A stretch of 64,000 nt of DNA from an uncultured delta proteobacterium. GTDB lineage: Bacteria > Desulfobacterota > Binatia > UBA9968. The stretch is from assembly GCA_963745835.1 (NCBI GenBank), contig CAVUZH010000015.1, positions 1 through 64,000 on the forward strand, written 5' to 3'. Every line of letters begins with the position of its first letter. The first letter of the stretch is position 1. Shown here one piece after another: positions 1 through 10,318 of the stretch. Below the pieces are notes generated by a model. That model made no database searches and was not told the origin of the DNA. It worked only from the letters and a program-made list of their open reading frames with translations. Position numbers and translations under genes: made by a program.

Positions 1-106
1 CGCAATCGCGACAGCGCTGCGCCGATAGCTCGTGCGCTTTGCATCCATCCCAGAACCGCTGCGAATCGACATCTGCCACTGGGAGCGGCTTAGTGTACTC
101 TGTCAT
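1..106 (-). CDS. DUF35-type Zn-ribbon/OB-fold protein, N-terminal part (runs off window)
   Basis: Not in the ORF track. Manual translation from ATG at 106 gives MTEYTKPLPVADVDSQRFWDGCKAHELSAQRCRDC, the typical P..D...FW.G...L..QRC..C start. Begins 2 nt after the corrected thiolase stop. Confidence 0.8.
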   Translation of the reverse strand, partial: MTEYTKPLPVADVDSQRFWDGCKAHELSAQRCRDC

Positions 107-108
107 CG

Positions 109-1291
109 CTAGGCCCTCCTCAACAGCATGGCGCTTTCGCCGCATTCGCCGCACACGAGAGCGATTTCAGGATTGCGCACCTGCCGGCAGGACGGAGCGA
201 TCGTAGCTGTGCGCGCCGTTGCAGAGATCGTCGACCACGCCTTCGGGCCGCAGTTGCTGCACGGCCTCGATGACGTGATTGAGGCCGTGGATGTGCGCTT
301 CGGAAAGCAACCCGCCGTGCGTATTGACCGGCAAATCCCCGTCGAGCCGGTTGCGGCCCGCCGTCACCCAGCCGCCGATCTCGCCCTTCTTTACCAGTTC
401 GAAGCCTCCCATGTGAACCATGCACATGGCGGTAAAGGGATCGTAGATTTCGGCGATGCTGACGTCGCGCGGCGTGATCCCGGCTCCTTCGTAAAGCAGC
501 GGAGCCGAGTTGGCGCCGTTGGTTTCCCAAAGACCCGAAGTCTGACCCTGGCCGCCCATTCCCGACATGATATAGACCGGCGCGGGCTTCCTATCGCGTG
601 CCCGCTCCGCCGAGGTGATCACCAGCGCGACGCCGCCGTCGCTCTCCTGGCAGCAGTCGAGCAAACGGAAAGGATAAATGATCCAGCGCGAGTTCTGATG
701 ATCTTCGATGGTCATGGGCTTGCGCATCATCGCTTTCTGATTGAGCGCGGCGTGACTCCGTTCCGTGACGGCGAGATGAGCAAAGTCCAAAGTCGTGGTG
801 CCGTAGCGCGCCATGTGCGCGGTCGCGATGGGACCGAAGGAAGCGGCCGCATGATGGATGCCGAACGGGGTGGTAAACTGCGCGTCGCCCTTGACGTCGT
901 TGGCGCGTTCGGCGCGCGCCGCGCGTCCCTGGCTGTAGCGGTTCCGCGCTTTGAAAACCAGCACGTTCTTGCAGATCCCCGCATGCACAAGCATCGCGCC
1001 GGACAGCACGGCGCCGCAGTTCCACCCGCCGCCGCCGTCGCTGTAAAACTCGAAGTTGCACTTCTTGAGACCCAGCGCGCGCACCAGCTCGCGCACCATC
1101 TGCCCTTCCGGCTGGCGGTGGTAGAACGACACCACGCCGTCGATGTCCTGAACTTTGAAGCCGGCATCCGCGATCGCCTTGAGACTCGCTTCCGCGGCCA
1201 GGCTCAAGGTCGTTACTCCGGAGTTGCGTGAGAACGCTGTCCAGCCGATCCCAACTATGGCGGTTTTATCTTTGATCGCTTGTTCCGGCAT
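109..1291 (-). CDS. Thiolase-like (SCP-x/lipid-transfer type) protein with a +1 frameshift near the C-terminus
   Basis: AIVGIG start; DCCQESDGG, AEIYDPFT and VNTHGGLLSEAH motifs. Removing one base near 190 gives ...CRQVRNPEIALVCGECGESAMLLRRA* ending at 109. Confidence 0.85.
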
Positions 1292-1345
1292 CTGTACCTC
1301 GTCTACCCTGAATCAATCCCGCATACTTCATTCGTCAATTTTATG

Positions 1346-2425
1346 TCATTTCGACGTAGAGAGAAATCTTTCCCGACTTCTCAATTCGCAAAAATTTCCT
1401 TCAGCAGCCTTGGCGTCTTCGTCAAAGCTGTCGGCCCAGGCAGGATCGACGGGGACGATCTGCGCGCCGCGCACCCTGATGCTTTCGTCTTGTGGCAAAT
1501 CCGATCTTGCCACCAATCGTCCGGCATTTTGATAGAGTCGCTGCCCTTCTTTGGAGAATAGGAAGTCCACTAACAGTCTCGCCGCCGCCGGGTGCGGCGC
1601 TTGTGAGAGGAGACCCACTCCGACCATGAGCCCCGGCAGAGGTCCGGGCGCGACCCAATCAATCGGCGCGCCCCTTTGTTTCAGCCGGTTGACGGTTACG
1701 GCATTGGCGTTGACCTGCAAGAGTGGATTCGCCGGCCGCGACCAGTTGAGTGATGAGGGTCTGGCCGATCCGCAGCATGGGATTTTGCTTCGACAGCTCT
1801 CGCATGTATTGGATGCCCTTCTCCCTTCCCATGATGTGGAGCATGGCTGTGAACCAATCCACCTTGTCCTTCTCCAGGATCATCCTGTTCTTCCAGAAGG
1901 GAGTGAGCAGATCGTCGTAGCGCTTGGGCACGTTTGCCGCGGCGACAAGCTTGGTATTGTAGAGCACGACGTAGGGATTGTAGTAAGTCGCCGTCCAATA
2001 CTTTCTCCGCCTTGAAGCCCCGCGGGAAAGAACCGGTCCTCGTTGGAAGCGTACTCCCCCAAGAGACCTCGCTTCTTCAAGGCGTCGAGATAAAACGCCG
2101 GCGTTTGCATCACGTCGACCAGGGATTTTTTTGCGCGCGTCTCTTGCAGCACTTTGGTGGTCAGCCGTTCGCCTTCGGCCCGGGTAAAGTTCACCTCGAG
2201 AAATGGGTAGCGGGCCTTGAAGCGCGCGCTCATCGCCCCGGCTTCTTCCAGGTTGGTCGTCGTGTAAAAGACCACCTCACGCTCTTTCTTTGCCGCCTCG
2301 ATGAGATCGTCCCGTGTCGCCGCGCGGGACGTTCGAGGAAACGCGACCGCAGCAAACACGACCACCGAAACACCGAAGCAAATACACGCCTTCGTGCGCC
2401 GCGTTAGCGTTTTTCGGTCAAACAT
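1346..2425 (-). pseudogene. ABC extracellular solute-binding protein (Fe3+/family 1 type), split by frameshifts
   Basis: Consecutive pieces in different frames: signal peptide + AAKKEREVVFYTT (1880..2425), LYNTKLV..P..YDDLL (1659..1967), APHPAAARLLVDFLFSKEGQ (1346..1720). Could be assembly indels. Confidence 0.75.
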
Positions 2426-2544
2426 GTCGTTTCCTTGTTTTCTTAGCTATTGGCTCTCTCTTATTTGATCTTTCCTTTTCCTTCAACCGAAACGTTCATC
2501 GTCGCCCCGTGCACGTCGAGCTTTCCCGCATCAGTTCGGCGACC

Positions 2545-2894
2545 GGTGACACCGATGCCCTCACTTAAATTTGCCGATCTCACTTTGGTCGGGCGACCGG
2601 AATTTAAAACAGTCGCTCAGCTGCGCGGCAAAAAAGTTGCCGTCAGCAGCTTTTCCGGTGCGGTTTACAGCTCCACGCGCGCGATGCTTGCCGCCGGCGG
2701 ATTGGACCCCGATAAAGGCGATCGCCGAAAACGCCGACGCCCGCTCGATTAAATCGGTCAGTCCCGATGGGTTGGGTAAAGAGAGCGCGATCAAGACCCA
2801 ACGGTTGATCAAACAGACCACGGACAAGGATGTGAAGGTCGAAACTGTCATCGACTTCATTTTGCTACGGCAGGTGTTAACGGAAACGAAATGA
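2545..2894 (+). pseudogene. Fragments of an NMT1/THI5-like solute-binding protein
   Basis: LVGRPEFKTVAQLRGKKVAVSSFSG...GLDPDK followed by a C-terminal VKVETVIDFILLRQV piece; no N-terminus. Confidence 0.55.
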
Positions 2895-3299
2895 ACAACA
2901 CACCGCGCGGGACCTCAAGCCGGCATTCGCGGTCACTTCTCACTCACCGATCAACGCCGTAGCCCGCCGCATTGATGCGGCTGTGGAAAGTCCAAATTCA
3001 GGCCTGACCCAAGATTTCGATTCCGGCAGACAGTTCTGCAGGCTCGTTGACGGTAGCGTAGCCGATTTGATTCCCGGCAGCGCTTGACGCCTCACGTCTC
3101 ACGCCTTCCCGTGCTACCGAGAGCGACCTTCACAGCTTCGATGAGCTGCTCCTCCGCGCGGCAGCGTGAGCTGACGAACCCTGGCAGAACGACATGAGAA
3201 TAGCGACGGCCGCACTGAAAAAGATATACGAATCATGCGAACTCCCGAAGACTCAAGCAAGCTATCACAGCAGGTTTTCTGGAACAAAAAGATTCAAGG

Positions 3300-3458
3300 C
3301 GATGCGCGATCGCCGCGTCATCGTTGGAGTGGGCATATAAGGAGCATGATTATCGGCTCCACGAGATCGCGGCGTACCTAGGAGTGCATTATGCGACGGT
3401 GAGTCGACACCTCAAACGGACCGAGGAGCAAGGCGGAAATGCGTGATTGCAAGACCCC
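3300..3458 (+). pseudogene. C-terminal HTH remnant of a RAYT-like Y1 transposase with a REP-like end
   Basis: Reads HDYRLHEIAAYLGVHYATVSRHLKRTEEQGGNA* (stop 3444-3446), followed by TTGCAAGACCCC, which resembles the REP arms at 25562-25611. Confidence 0.6.
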
Positions 3459-3748
3459 GATGGTAGTGTGCAGTCCCTGCGGTGTGTCGGCGGGTCCTAT
3501 AGCTATACTGCGGGCCAGTATTTGGATACACTGCGAAAAATGGCAGCGTTTGCCCGGATTACTCTCCTGACAAGATTTTTGCAACGCGGAATATTTCAAG
3601 CAGTTTCTTCCTCGTGGAATCGAAAAGGCCATCCACGGCGGGTAACAGCAAAAGACTTAATAGTTAATATTAGATGTCATCGAAACTCACTATAAGCACG
3701 CTTCCCTCTTTATTATCTCTTGTGTCCAGCTAGGTAGTTGGGAAATCA

Positions 3749-4960
3749 ATGAGCGGAGATATTTTTTTGCTCGAACGTGACGGCGCGACGCCCATGCGGG
3801 CAGAACGGCTTGCGTTCGGAGAAACCGCCGGACGCAATGAAGCGTGGTTGCGTGACACGCTGTTCGCGCATCCAGATTTGATTCCCTTGCGCGACCTCGA
3901 TCCAACGTACGGTCCGCTCATTCCCCTGTGCACCGAACTATGTATCGACACCAGTCGTCGCCTCGACATCGCGTTCATCAGTCAATTTGGACGGCTGACG
4001 CTCGTTGAATGCAAACTGTGGCGGAATCCAGAAGCACGGAGGGAGGTTATCGCGCAAGTTCTTGACTATGCACATGCGATCAGTCGCTGGTCGTACTCGG
4101 ACCTACAGCGACAGGTAGCGGCTGCATTGAGACGACAGGGAAATGTGCCATATGAGCTAGCCCGAGAACGATACCCTGAACTACGCGAGCAGCAGTTCGT
4201 AGATGACACAGCACGCGCCATGCGAGCAGGTCGTTTTCTGCTAATCATTGCGGGCGATGGTATTCGCGAGGACGTGAGCGGCATCACGGAGCTGATAAAC
4301 CGCAACGCAGCCTCCGCGTTCTCCTTTGGGCTTATGGAGATGGCTCTGTATGGATTTGAGGACGGGAGCCTCGCCATTCAGCCGCGTGTGATCGTCAAAA
4401 CTCACGTGATCGAACGGACTATTGTGGTCGCACGAGAGTTGGGGCAAGCTGGCGTGCTAGACGTCCAAGAGGAGTCCGACACCGAAGAACCCAGCAAACT
4501 GGGCGAAAGCCCTAGAGCGGCAGCGCTCCGCGCCTGGTGGACACCCGTTCTCAATTTTCGCTTTGACGATCCCGATCAAGAGCCTCTCACGCTGTATTAT
4601 CCAAACAACGTGCGCACGCCACTTCCTTGGCCAACGAAAGTTTGGTTGGTGGGGTATCGTGCTCATGGCGACACAGGCGTCATAGGTGTGAATTTCGCCG
4701 GAAGCGGGCCGAGCTATCGCGAGTTAATGTCCATACTTGCAGAGCAGCGCGATGCAATTTGTGCCGAGTTACCAGAGGGAAGCGAAATAGGAAAATCTGC
4801 AAACGGGGATCCTGCATTTTCAATTCAGAAGCGACTATCGTCTTTCGCTAACGATGATGAGAGGCGCCACTGGGTGACGTCGACATTGAACACTTACGTT
4901 AACGTGCTGCGGCCAAGGCTCAAGGCTCTGATGCAGCAGCGCCGCGGCGAGCAGCCGTGA
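3749..4960 (+). CDS. PD-(D/E)XK endonuclease-like protein (NucS/DUF91-like N-terminus)
   Basis: E.WL...L..HP.L, RLDIAFI..GRLTLVECKLWRNPEARREVIAQVLDYA nuclease signature; 403 aa. Confidence 0.7.
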   Translation: MSGDIFLLERDGATPMRAERLAFGETAGRNEAWLRDTLFAHPDLIPLRDLDPTYGPLIPLCTELCIDTSRRLDIAFISQFGRLTLVECKLWRNPEARREVIAQVLDYAHAISRWSYSDLQRQVAAALRRQGNVPYELARERYPELREQQFVDDTARAMRAGRFLLIIAGDGIREDVSGITELINRNAASAFSFGLMEMALYGFEDGSLAIQPRVIVKTHVIERTIVVARELGQAGVLDVQEESDTEEPSKLGESPRAAALRAWWTPVLNFRFDDPDQEPLTLYYPNNVRTPLPWPTKVWLVGYRAHGDTGVIGVNFAGSGPSYRELMSILAEQRDAICAELPEGSEIGKSANGDPAFSIQKRLSSFANDDERRHWVTSTLNTYVNVLRPRLKALMQQRRGEQP

Positions 4961-5032
4961 CGCTCGTTGAGCGAGCCCTCAACACAATAGCTGCAGGGCA
5001 GCTATATTGAATTATCCGTCGCATTGAGGGAG

Positions 5033-5809
5033 TGAGAAAGGGGGACGCGAACCTTTTCCTTGACTGGGTGACGCAGATGGATGTATGCGTCGCTCATGCC
5101 TAGACGAGCACGCAGTGCTCCCGGTGAAATGATTTACCACGCTCTTAACCGCGCCAATGGGCGCACCCAACTTTTCGACAAGCCCGAAGATTTCGCCGCG
5201 TTCGAGCGGATTATGGTCGCAGCGATGCGCCGTTCTCCAATCCGGCTGCTGGTATACTATTTGATGCCCAATCACTGGCGCATGGTCCTGTGGCCGAAGA
5301 AAGACGGCGAGATGACCGAGTTTCTTCGCTGGCTCACGCTCACTCACAGCCAACGCTTACACGCCCACCGCCACACCACCGGCTACGGGCATGTTTATCA
5401 AGGGCGGTTCAAAAGTTTTCCCGTCGACCAGGATCAAGCCGCGCTCAATGTGATCCGTTATGTGGAACGCAACGCCTTGCGAGCCCGCCTCGTCGACAAG
5501 CCCAAGACTGGCGCTGGTGCAGTCCGTGGCGAAGAGTTCATGGGGATCGAGAATCGCTGCTAAGCGACTGGCCCTTCGATAGACCGGCCGACTGGGTTGA
5601 ATGGGTGAACGCGGCACAACCCGAAGCCGAAATCGAAGCGCTGCGGAAGTGCGTGAACCGCGGTACGCCCTACAGCACGGAAACTTGGAAGACACAGATC
5701 GCGGCTACGCTCGGATTGAAATCCACACTTAAGCCGCGCGGCAGACCTAGAAAGCAATTGGAGTTACGGACTACGCAACCTTAAAAAAGGTTCGCGTCCC
5801 CTTTTCTCA
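5033..5809 (+). mobile_element. RAYT-like element bounded by 25-bp inverted repeats
   Basis: 5033-5057 TGAGAAAGGGGGACGCGAACCTTTT is the reverse complement of 5785-5809 with one mismatch. An 11-bp tandem duplication CCTTTTCTCAT lies at 5800-5821. Confidence 0.8.
5096..5784 (+). pseudogene. Y1 HUH transposase (IS200/RAYT-like), frameshifted
   Basis: MPRRAR..PG.IYHALNR, YYLMPNHWRM (HUH degenerate to H-W-R), QGRFKSF, RYVERNA. Frame changes near 5500 into DWRWCS...LKPRGRPRK. Confidence 0.8.
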
Positions 5810-5856
5810 TCCTTTTCTCATCCCCCCGATCTTTTCTATGACGAATTGCACACATT

Positions 5857-7233
5857 TTGAAATTTGCCAGCAGCCAGCTCTCCACAATAGCGAGTTTTGT
5901 ATTCTACACTTACCGGAAAAAAAGAAGGACTGAAGCCGAGTTTGAAAGAAGATTATCTGAACTCGTGAGCAGGCAAAAAAGTGATTACCGATACATCACG
6001 TTCCCGCCATCATTCAATGGAATGCGGAGGCTCTTTGGAGACAAAAGATCCTGGCATGTGAAATTTGATTTCTCAAACGTGACATTCCTCGGAAAGACTG
6101 ATTTCGAAGAATTCAAATATGAAAAAGGGGCGAATTTCAGGAAGGCAATCTTTGATAACGATGCGAATTTTAGAAAGGCATCTTTTCTAGGGCCGGTCGA
6201 TTTCAGCGGAGCAACTTTCAGAGATGATGTTTTCTTCAACGAATCCACGTTTGAAGGCGGCGCTGACTTCCACGAAACTAAGTTCGAAGCAATGGCCGAC
6301 TTCGGTAAGAGTTGCTTCGCGCAAATGGCCCACTTTTCTCTGGCAGATTTCTCTGCAACAGCACGCTTCGCCTTTTGTCGTTTTGAAATGGTCGAATTTT
6401 TTGAAACGGTCTTCCATGACTACACCGATTTTACCTGCGCAGAGTTTGGCGGCAGAACGGGATTCACCTTCGTTCAGTTTCTTGCTGAGGTGAGCTTCGA
6501 ACAGGCAAAGTTCAACGAAATCGCAACATTTAGAGGGAAACCAGGAGACAGTAATTTTTTCAACGAAGGGAATTTTGAATCAGTTCTGTTGCCACGGCCT
6601 AACATACTCCGATTTATCGACGTAGATTGTTCACGGACACGCTTTCTTGGCGCTGATGTAGGATTAATGATTTTCGATGGAGTGAGATGGTGCCCGGTTA
6701 AAAATTAGGTATGGCATCTACGACGAACTCTTTCAAAGGCGCAACGAAGCATTCATTTCAATAACTGATGTTGAGCAGCTTTATAGGTCTCGAAGCAGAA
6801 CTATGAGGGGCGTCGAGACCTCTCCCGGGCGGGCGACTTCCATATCGGCGAGAAGGAAATGCGGCTAAGGAATCCACGTTCGCCAACAAGCTTACGCGCA
6901 TTACTATGGCTCTCGAAGATTTTTAGCGGATATGGTGAAAGTTATTTGCGACCGTTGCTTTGGTTTTTTGGCCTCGTGCTCGGCAGCTCAGTTCTTCTTA
7001 TGCTAAGTGGCCTTGTGTATCGAGAAACAAGACAGCAACTATCGCTATCCTCACTAATTGATTGGTCACAAGTGACCGGATTCGTTTTGACACGAGCGTT
7101 ACGCCTGGGTAGTGACGTGGCTTGGTTCGAACCGCCGATCGTGCCGAATACAGTTGCATTGTGGACAGGGGTGTTGGGACCAGTCCTTGTGACGCTGCTC
7201 GTTCTAGGAATTCGGAATCGGCTGAAGAGGTAA
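5857..7233 (+). pseudogene. Pentapeptide-repeat protein with C-terminal membrane region, disrupted
   Basis: Repeated A(N/D)F..A.F units in 5857..6708. Continues in other frames as YDE..EQLYR..KQNYE..AGDFHIGEKEMR and SGYGESYLRPLLW with TM helices (6859..7233). Visibly AT-richer than its neighbours. Confidence 0.75.
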
Positions 7234-7297
7234 TCCGAAGGGATGGAGTGCGCCGCTCCTTGAGCGTCAATAAAAAGGTTCGCGCGGAGAAGGATTT

Positions 7298-7660
7298 GGG
7301 GTCTACTTCCAAGATCGAAACGGGCATATTCTCGAACCGATCACGCGACCCTACGCAGCGGCGGCACGACGGCGGCTCGACCGCACCCGTTGCTCGCGTC
7401 AACCGGGAACCACGCGCCTGAAACCGGGCACAATGATCAGACCGTGAGAGATGACAGCATTCACCTGGCGACCGCAGAACGGCGCGATCAGTGATCCGCA
7501 TGAACGCTTCATGAGCGAAAATAACCTTCTCTCAAAGTACAACGGGTTTCTTGACGAAACTTTCGGTAACGAAAGGGAAATTGTACCAAGCGTCGATCCC
7601 GCCTTCGAGTGGGCGCACCCTGGTGATTCCTTTGGGTCGCAGCAGTAGCGCCACACGGGT
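7298..7660. repeat. Degenerate copy of about 22910-23277 (VOC gene 3' end, spacer, DedA-rhodanese 3' end)
   Basis: Colinear similarity, e.g. TCTACTTCCAAGATC, CAGACCGTGAGAGATGA, CCAAGCGTCGATCCCGCCTTCGAG, GCGCACCCTGGTGATTCCTTTGG. Confidence 0.9.
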
Positions 7661-7750
7661 AGCCGAATACACAGGCGGGAAAACGAAAACCACAACCACC
7701 GCCCACATGATGCACTCACACATGGAACACAACGGCAAGGAGGTTCTCAG

Positions 7751-7938
7751 TTTGCTGCGACTCGTTTGGGTGGTTACCTGACGGCAACCCTAAATCTTGG
7801 CGAAGCAAGGCCGCTCCCGTGGCTGGCGATCACGGCGTCGAAGTTGTCGACCGGCGTGTTCACGTCCACGGCCCGGCGCGCTGTTCAGTCGACCACCGAT
7901 CGATCGGGGACGAGCGACCGCTGGAGCCACTGTAACAT
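7751..7938. repeat. Degenerate copy of about 17871-18058 (Rieske C-terminal relic + aldolase 3' end)
   Basis: Shared GCAACCCTAAATCTTGG, CGAAGTTGTCGAC, TGTTCAGTCGACCACCGA, ACGAGCGACCGCTGGAGCCACTG. Confidence 0.9.
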
Positions 7939-8034
7939 CAGGCAAAGGCATCAGGCAAGAGGCAGCGGCTAACATCCCTAGCGGAACTTTATTAAGCCAA
8001 ATGCTTCGAGCGCGCACAATCGCCTCGAGCCTGT

Positions 8035-8106
8035 CCTCCGATGTACGCACTCCGCTGGATCGGTTGTTCGCGCGCCTTGCCTCTGGATCTTTTTGAGCAG
8101 CCTGCA
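8035..8106. repeat. Half of an intergenic REP/MITE-like element
   Basis: GCGCGCCTTGCCTCTGGATCTTTTTGAGCAGCCTG resembles GCGCGCCTCGCCTGTGAGATCTTTTGAGCAGCCTG at about 57478-57512. Confidence 0.55.
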
Positions 8107-8368
8107 AGATAAATCCATGGTACCTCGCGCAGTTCAGTCGGGTGTTTGTGTCCCGGAAATTTTAACCGGGGGCAAATCAATCAACGGGGCCTGAGTATTG
8201 ACTTAATCACTGCTGGGCGAACTTCGTCTCTTTGTTCATCTCGATGAGTCTCATACCAAGCGTAAACAGCAAAGCATCGGGTCAGTGGTTCTAAGAAACA
8301 GAAAGGAGGTCGCCTCCGGTCGCGAGGATCGGGAGCTTCCTCATGTCATCGAGTTGGTCAAAGGGCGT

Positions 8369-8797
8369 GGGGACGCTGTTGACTAACTGGACAAATGGCA
8401 TAAGGGATCGGAATCCGCGGAGAAGATATGCCGAGACATGCGAGGCTCGATAGTCCAGGGACGCTGCACCACGTGATGGTAAGAGGCATTGAACAACGGC
8501 AGATTGTCGATGATGAGGCAGACCGCGCGGATTTTGTGCGACGACTTGGAGCCTTGGCTGCCGAAACCGGGACACTGGTAAGGAAAGGCGGGACGCTGTT
8601 TCCTTGAAGGACAAACCATCACTAGAATGGGAATTTGGTCTTGCATTAAGGGGGGCTGGGCCGACTGGCGTAATAAAAATCGAGATCCGCCGAGTACTGA
8701 TAGGTGGACTAGAGGTCGTCTGCGGAAAAGACCCGAGCGGGCGGTAGCACCTCGAAAGTCGCCCGAGTAGTTTGTCCATCTAGTCAACAACGTCCCC
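8369..8797 (+). mobile_element. Internally deleted RAYT-like element with 27-bp inverted repeats
   Basis: 8369-8395 GGGGACGCTGTTGACTAACTGGACAAA versus 8771-8797 TTTGTCCATCTAGTCAACAACGTCCCC (24/27). Encloses MPRHARLDSPGTLHHVMVRGIEQRQIVDDEADRADFV from ATG 8428. Confidence 0.8.
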
Positions 8798-8919
8798 GAG
8801 TCCATAGTTGCGAATAGTTGCGTAAGACATGAGCGCGTGAGCGCGCCGGCGTCGACCCAAATTCCTTCTTCGGCAAAAAGGGGCATGCGATTTTTGATGG
8901 CGAGATCAACGATCTAAAG

Positions 8920-9906
8920 TCACTTGATGAGGCGCTGGAACTCGGCGTCGTCAAAGAGCGAGGCAAAGGACTTGTTGCGCTTTAACTGGCCCTTCTGCGC
9001 GGGGTTGGAGGCGATGGCGCGCTCGATCGCTTTCAGTGCCGCCGCCTTGTTGCCCTGGCGCAGGCTGATGTCGGCCATTGCCACCAGTGCCAGATCGTCC
9101 TCGGGCGAGGCCTTGAGTGCGCTCTCGGCGAGTGCCATGGCGCCTGTGAGATCGTTCTTCTCGATCAGCGGGCCGATCCGGCCAATCATCTCGAAGCCAC
9201 GCGTGACACCCAGGATGCGGCGCAGCTCGACGAGCGGCTGCTTGTGGTCGTCGACACGGATGTCGAGCAGCGTGTCGTCGTAGTCGGCGCGAACCAGTGG
9301 CTTGACGATCTTGAGCATCGCGCCCTGCATGCCGCGGCGGTCGCCGCCTGCAGCCTGGCCGGCATCGAGGGCAGCCAACAGGCGCTCTGCCAAGGGACCC
9401 TTCGCGGCCTCGAAGGCCTTGCCCATCTCCTCGATCACGTTGCCATTGGCCAGCGTGTTGCCCTGCACGCAGTAGATCGGCGTGCACTTGTGGCCGGTCC
9501 AGTCGGGGATCGTCTTGCTCGACCACGCGGCGCTGCGGCCCTGGATGTCAATGACGGCGACCTGGCGGCGGTCGGGCTCCTTGTCGGCACGCAGCGCGAA
9601 CTCGAGCGCCTGCTGCGGCGTCATCCCGCGCTCGATGCCGTCGATGACGAGCTTGCCGTACATCGGGTTGGAGGACGACTGATGCGCGACAATAGCAACG
9701 CCGCCTTTGCCAGTGACAACGCGGTTGCCGATCGACAGGGCCTTGGACTGCACACCGAGGCCGAGCAGGCCCGTGTCCTTCTCCACGGCGATGATTGAGA
9801 ATGTGCTGTCCGCGGGCGCGTACTGCCGGGTGGGCGTCTCTTCGGCAGTGGCAGCCGTCAGCGCCAATCCAGATGCTGCAATTGCTGCCATCGCTGTCCT
9901 TCGCAT
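8920..9906 (-). CDS. DUF1028 (Ntn-hydrolase-like) protein with signal peptide and TPR-like C-terminus
   Basis: STFSIIA, RQVAVID..G..AA, VQGNTL, LAERLLAALDAGQAAGGDRRG, DIRVDDH motifs. Start uncertain (9891-9993). Confidence 0.85.
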   Translation of the reverse strand: MRRTAMAAIAASGLALTAATAEETPTRQYAPADSTFSIIAVEKDTGLLGLGVQSKALSIGNRVVTGKGGVAIVAHQSSSNPMYGKLVIDGIERGMTPQQALEFALRADKEPDRRQVAVIDIQGRSAAWSSKTIPDWTGHKCTPIYCVQGNTLANGNVIEEMGKAFEAAKGPLAERLLAALDAGQAAGGDRRGMQGAMLKIVKPLVRADYDDTLLDIRVDDHKQPLVELRRILGVTRGFEMIGRIGPLIEKNDLTGAMALAESALKASPEDDLALVAMADISLRQGNKAAALKAIERAIASNPAQKGQLKRNKSFASLFDDAEFQRLIK

Positions 9907-10318
9907 CGGTTGCCCCCTCGCCATATTTACAGTGAGAATAAACCGCCTTTTTCTATGACCAAACTCATATCGCAGGACTGGTAGAGCGGTCAATTTCTTT
10001 CTGCTTGATGAAAAACCACGAATGGAAAGCGATGGGAAGGGTCATTTACGGCAGCAGGAAAACTGCATTCTTCGAGGAGAAAAAGGCAAATTTTGCGGCA
10101 CGATTGAACTGTACGACGCATCGAGCAAATCGCGTCTGTGTAGAGTCACTTGATTGCAAATCAAGTCGCTCGGACCTTCAGCGACCAAAGAATCCGCAAT
10201 CGAAGCCAGCGTGCTTGAAAGTAATCCGACTTTGAGCCTTCGCCGAAAGGGATGGAGTGACACAGATCGAGGTGCTAACGTGACGCCAGCACAAGTCTAG
10301 AAGCCCACGGAGGCGTAC

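Noticed and set aside
128-1231. 367-aa plus-strand ORF (also 14559..15785, 17839..18807, 28601..29734, 58018..59016)
   Set aside because: Antisense or off-frame shadows of well-supported genes in GC-rich DNA; no recognisable motifs.
6706-6708. TAG inside the pentapeptide gene as possible recoding
   Set aside because: The coding sequence resumes in a different frame, so this is a frameshift rather than readthrough.
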